DNA from: Planktothrix mougeotii LEGE 06226
GTDB lineage: Bacteria; Cyanobacteriota; Cyanobacteriia; Cyanobacteriales; Microcoleaceae
Length of the DNA stretch: 52,507 bases
Assembly: GCF_015207485.1 (NCBI RefSeq)
Contig: NZ_JADEWU010000005.1
Span: forward strand, 1-52,507
Direction: 5' to 3'
Below the pieces are notes generated by a model, which saw only the letters and a program-made list of their open reading frames with translations, was not told the origin of the DNA and ran no database searches. How positions within the stretch are numbered: position 1 is the stretch's first letter; each line of letters starts with the position of its first letter. A program made the position numbers and the translations under genes. This document shows positions 51,774 to 52,507 of the stretch, one piece after another.

Positions 51774-52507
51774 TTCCCTACTCGTTAGGGAAATTAATTG
51801 ATTGGAAACATCTCTTAACATTAAAGCTATTAAAACAGCTGCAATAATTCCCTACTCGTTAGGGAAATTAATTGATTGGAAACTTAATGGCAAACGAACA
51901 ATATTTCTTATCCAGCAGCAGGTTTCCCTACTCGTTAGGGAAATTAATTGATTGGAAACCAACAACAACCCAAGGTTCATTCATATAAACTCCGTTATTG
52001 AATTCCCTACTCGTTAGGGAAATTAATTGATTGGAAACACGTCGGTCCATCACACGCAGAGCAGCCTTTTGATAAGGCTTTTCCCTACTCGTTAGGGAAA
52101 TTAATTGATTGGAAACTTACGTACTAAAGGGTGGAATGTAACATTTATCCCATTTGATTCCCTACTCGTTAGGGAAATTAATTGATTGGAAACCGGAATT
52201 GATAAGGAAGTTCAGCCCCTGCTTGTTCATTCCCTACTCGTTAGGGAAATTAATTGATTGGAAACATCAACCCAATCAGGGTTGCACATATCTTCAGGTT
52301 CGAGTTGAACTTCCCTACTCGTTAGGGAAATTAATTGATTGGAAACCATGCTTGTTTAGGAGTGATATCCACTTTAATAAACTTCATTATTCCCTACTCG
52401 TTAGGGAAATTAATTGATTGGAAACTGGTCTGCATATATACAGCCACCATTTCTAGTAGCCATATTTCCCTACTCGTTAGGGAAATTAATTGATTGGAAA
52501 CATCCAT
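51774..52507 (+). CRISPR. CRISPR array, at least 10 repeats of 36 nt (TTCCCTACTCGTTAGGGAAATTAATTGATTGGAAAC), spacers 36-45 nt, truncated by the window end
   Basis: Repeats at 51774, 51848, 51924, 52003, 52081, 52158, 52230, 52311, 52390 and 52466; unique spacers of 38, 40, 43, 42, 41, 36, 45, 43 and 40 nt; repeat has an internal CCCTA-CTCGT-TAGGG hairpin and a GAAAC 3' end. Confidence 0.95.

Noticed and set aside
52154-52417. 87-aa ORF (MIPYSLGKLIDWK...) on the + strand
   Set aside because: It is simply a translation of consecutive CRISPR repeats and spacers (the YSLGKLIDWK motif recurs once per repeat). Not a gene.

Overview
This 52.5 kb window appears to come from a filamentous (Oscillatoriales-like) cyanobacterial chromosome. 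The evidence is many HIP1 octamers (GCGATCGC) throughout, heptamer and octamer short tandem repeats (STRR-like), and hallmark cyanobacterial genes (NTRC, YggT/Ycf19, a GUN4-like protein, cobQ). The first ~36 kb is mostly housekeeping and accessory chromosome. Recognisable genes are DJ-1/PfpI, an Ap4A-phosphorylase-like HIT protein, alanine dehydrogenase, murA, an M48 peptidase, tRNA-Leu(CAA), cobQ, upp, yggT, ntrC, a RelE/ParE toxin-antitoxin pair, a SAM methyltransferase, a VanY/M15 peptidase, an internalin-like LRR protein, a PadR-like regulator, a sensor histidine kinase, a four-carbon-acid sugar kinase, an aldo-keto reductase, a GUN4-like protein and a membrane GTPase. There is also a tight four-gene operon containing a CHAT (caspase-like) protease fused to a CHASE2-like membrane sensor, an ISAs1-family transposase N-terminal remnant, and a dispersed family of small palindromic (MITE/REP-like) repeats. 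The last ~16 kb (36.4 to 52.5 kb) is a type III-B (Cmr) CRISPR-Cas locus. It comprises a divergent WYL-domain regulator, cas10/cmr2 (an N-terminal HD dipeptide at residues 14-15 consistent with an HD nuclease domain, plus the GGDD cyclase motif), cmr3, cmr4, cmr5 and an enlarged cmr6-like Cas7 with a Gly/Arg-rich tail. These are followed by a CARF-HEPN Csx1/Csm6-like effector, a small two-TM ORF, cas1, cas2, a ~325 bp leader and a CRISPR array of at least 10 repeats of 36 nt that runs off the window end. No cas6 is recognisable. The most unusual element sits between cmr6 and csx1. It is an AT-rich, HIP1-free two-gene module, preceded by a hairpin plus T-run terminator. It encodes an ABC/OLD-like (AAA_21-type) ATPase and a translationally coupled 342 to 368 aa partner with no motif I can recognise. 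It is a candidate novel defense or type-III accessory system.
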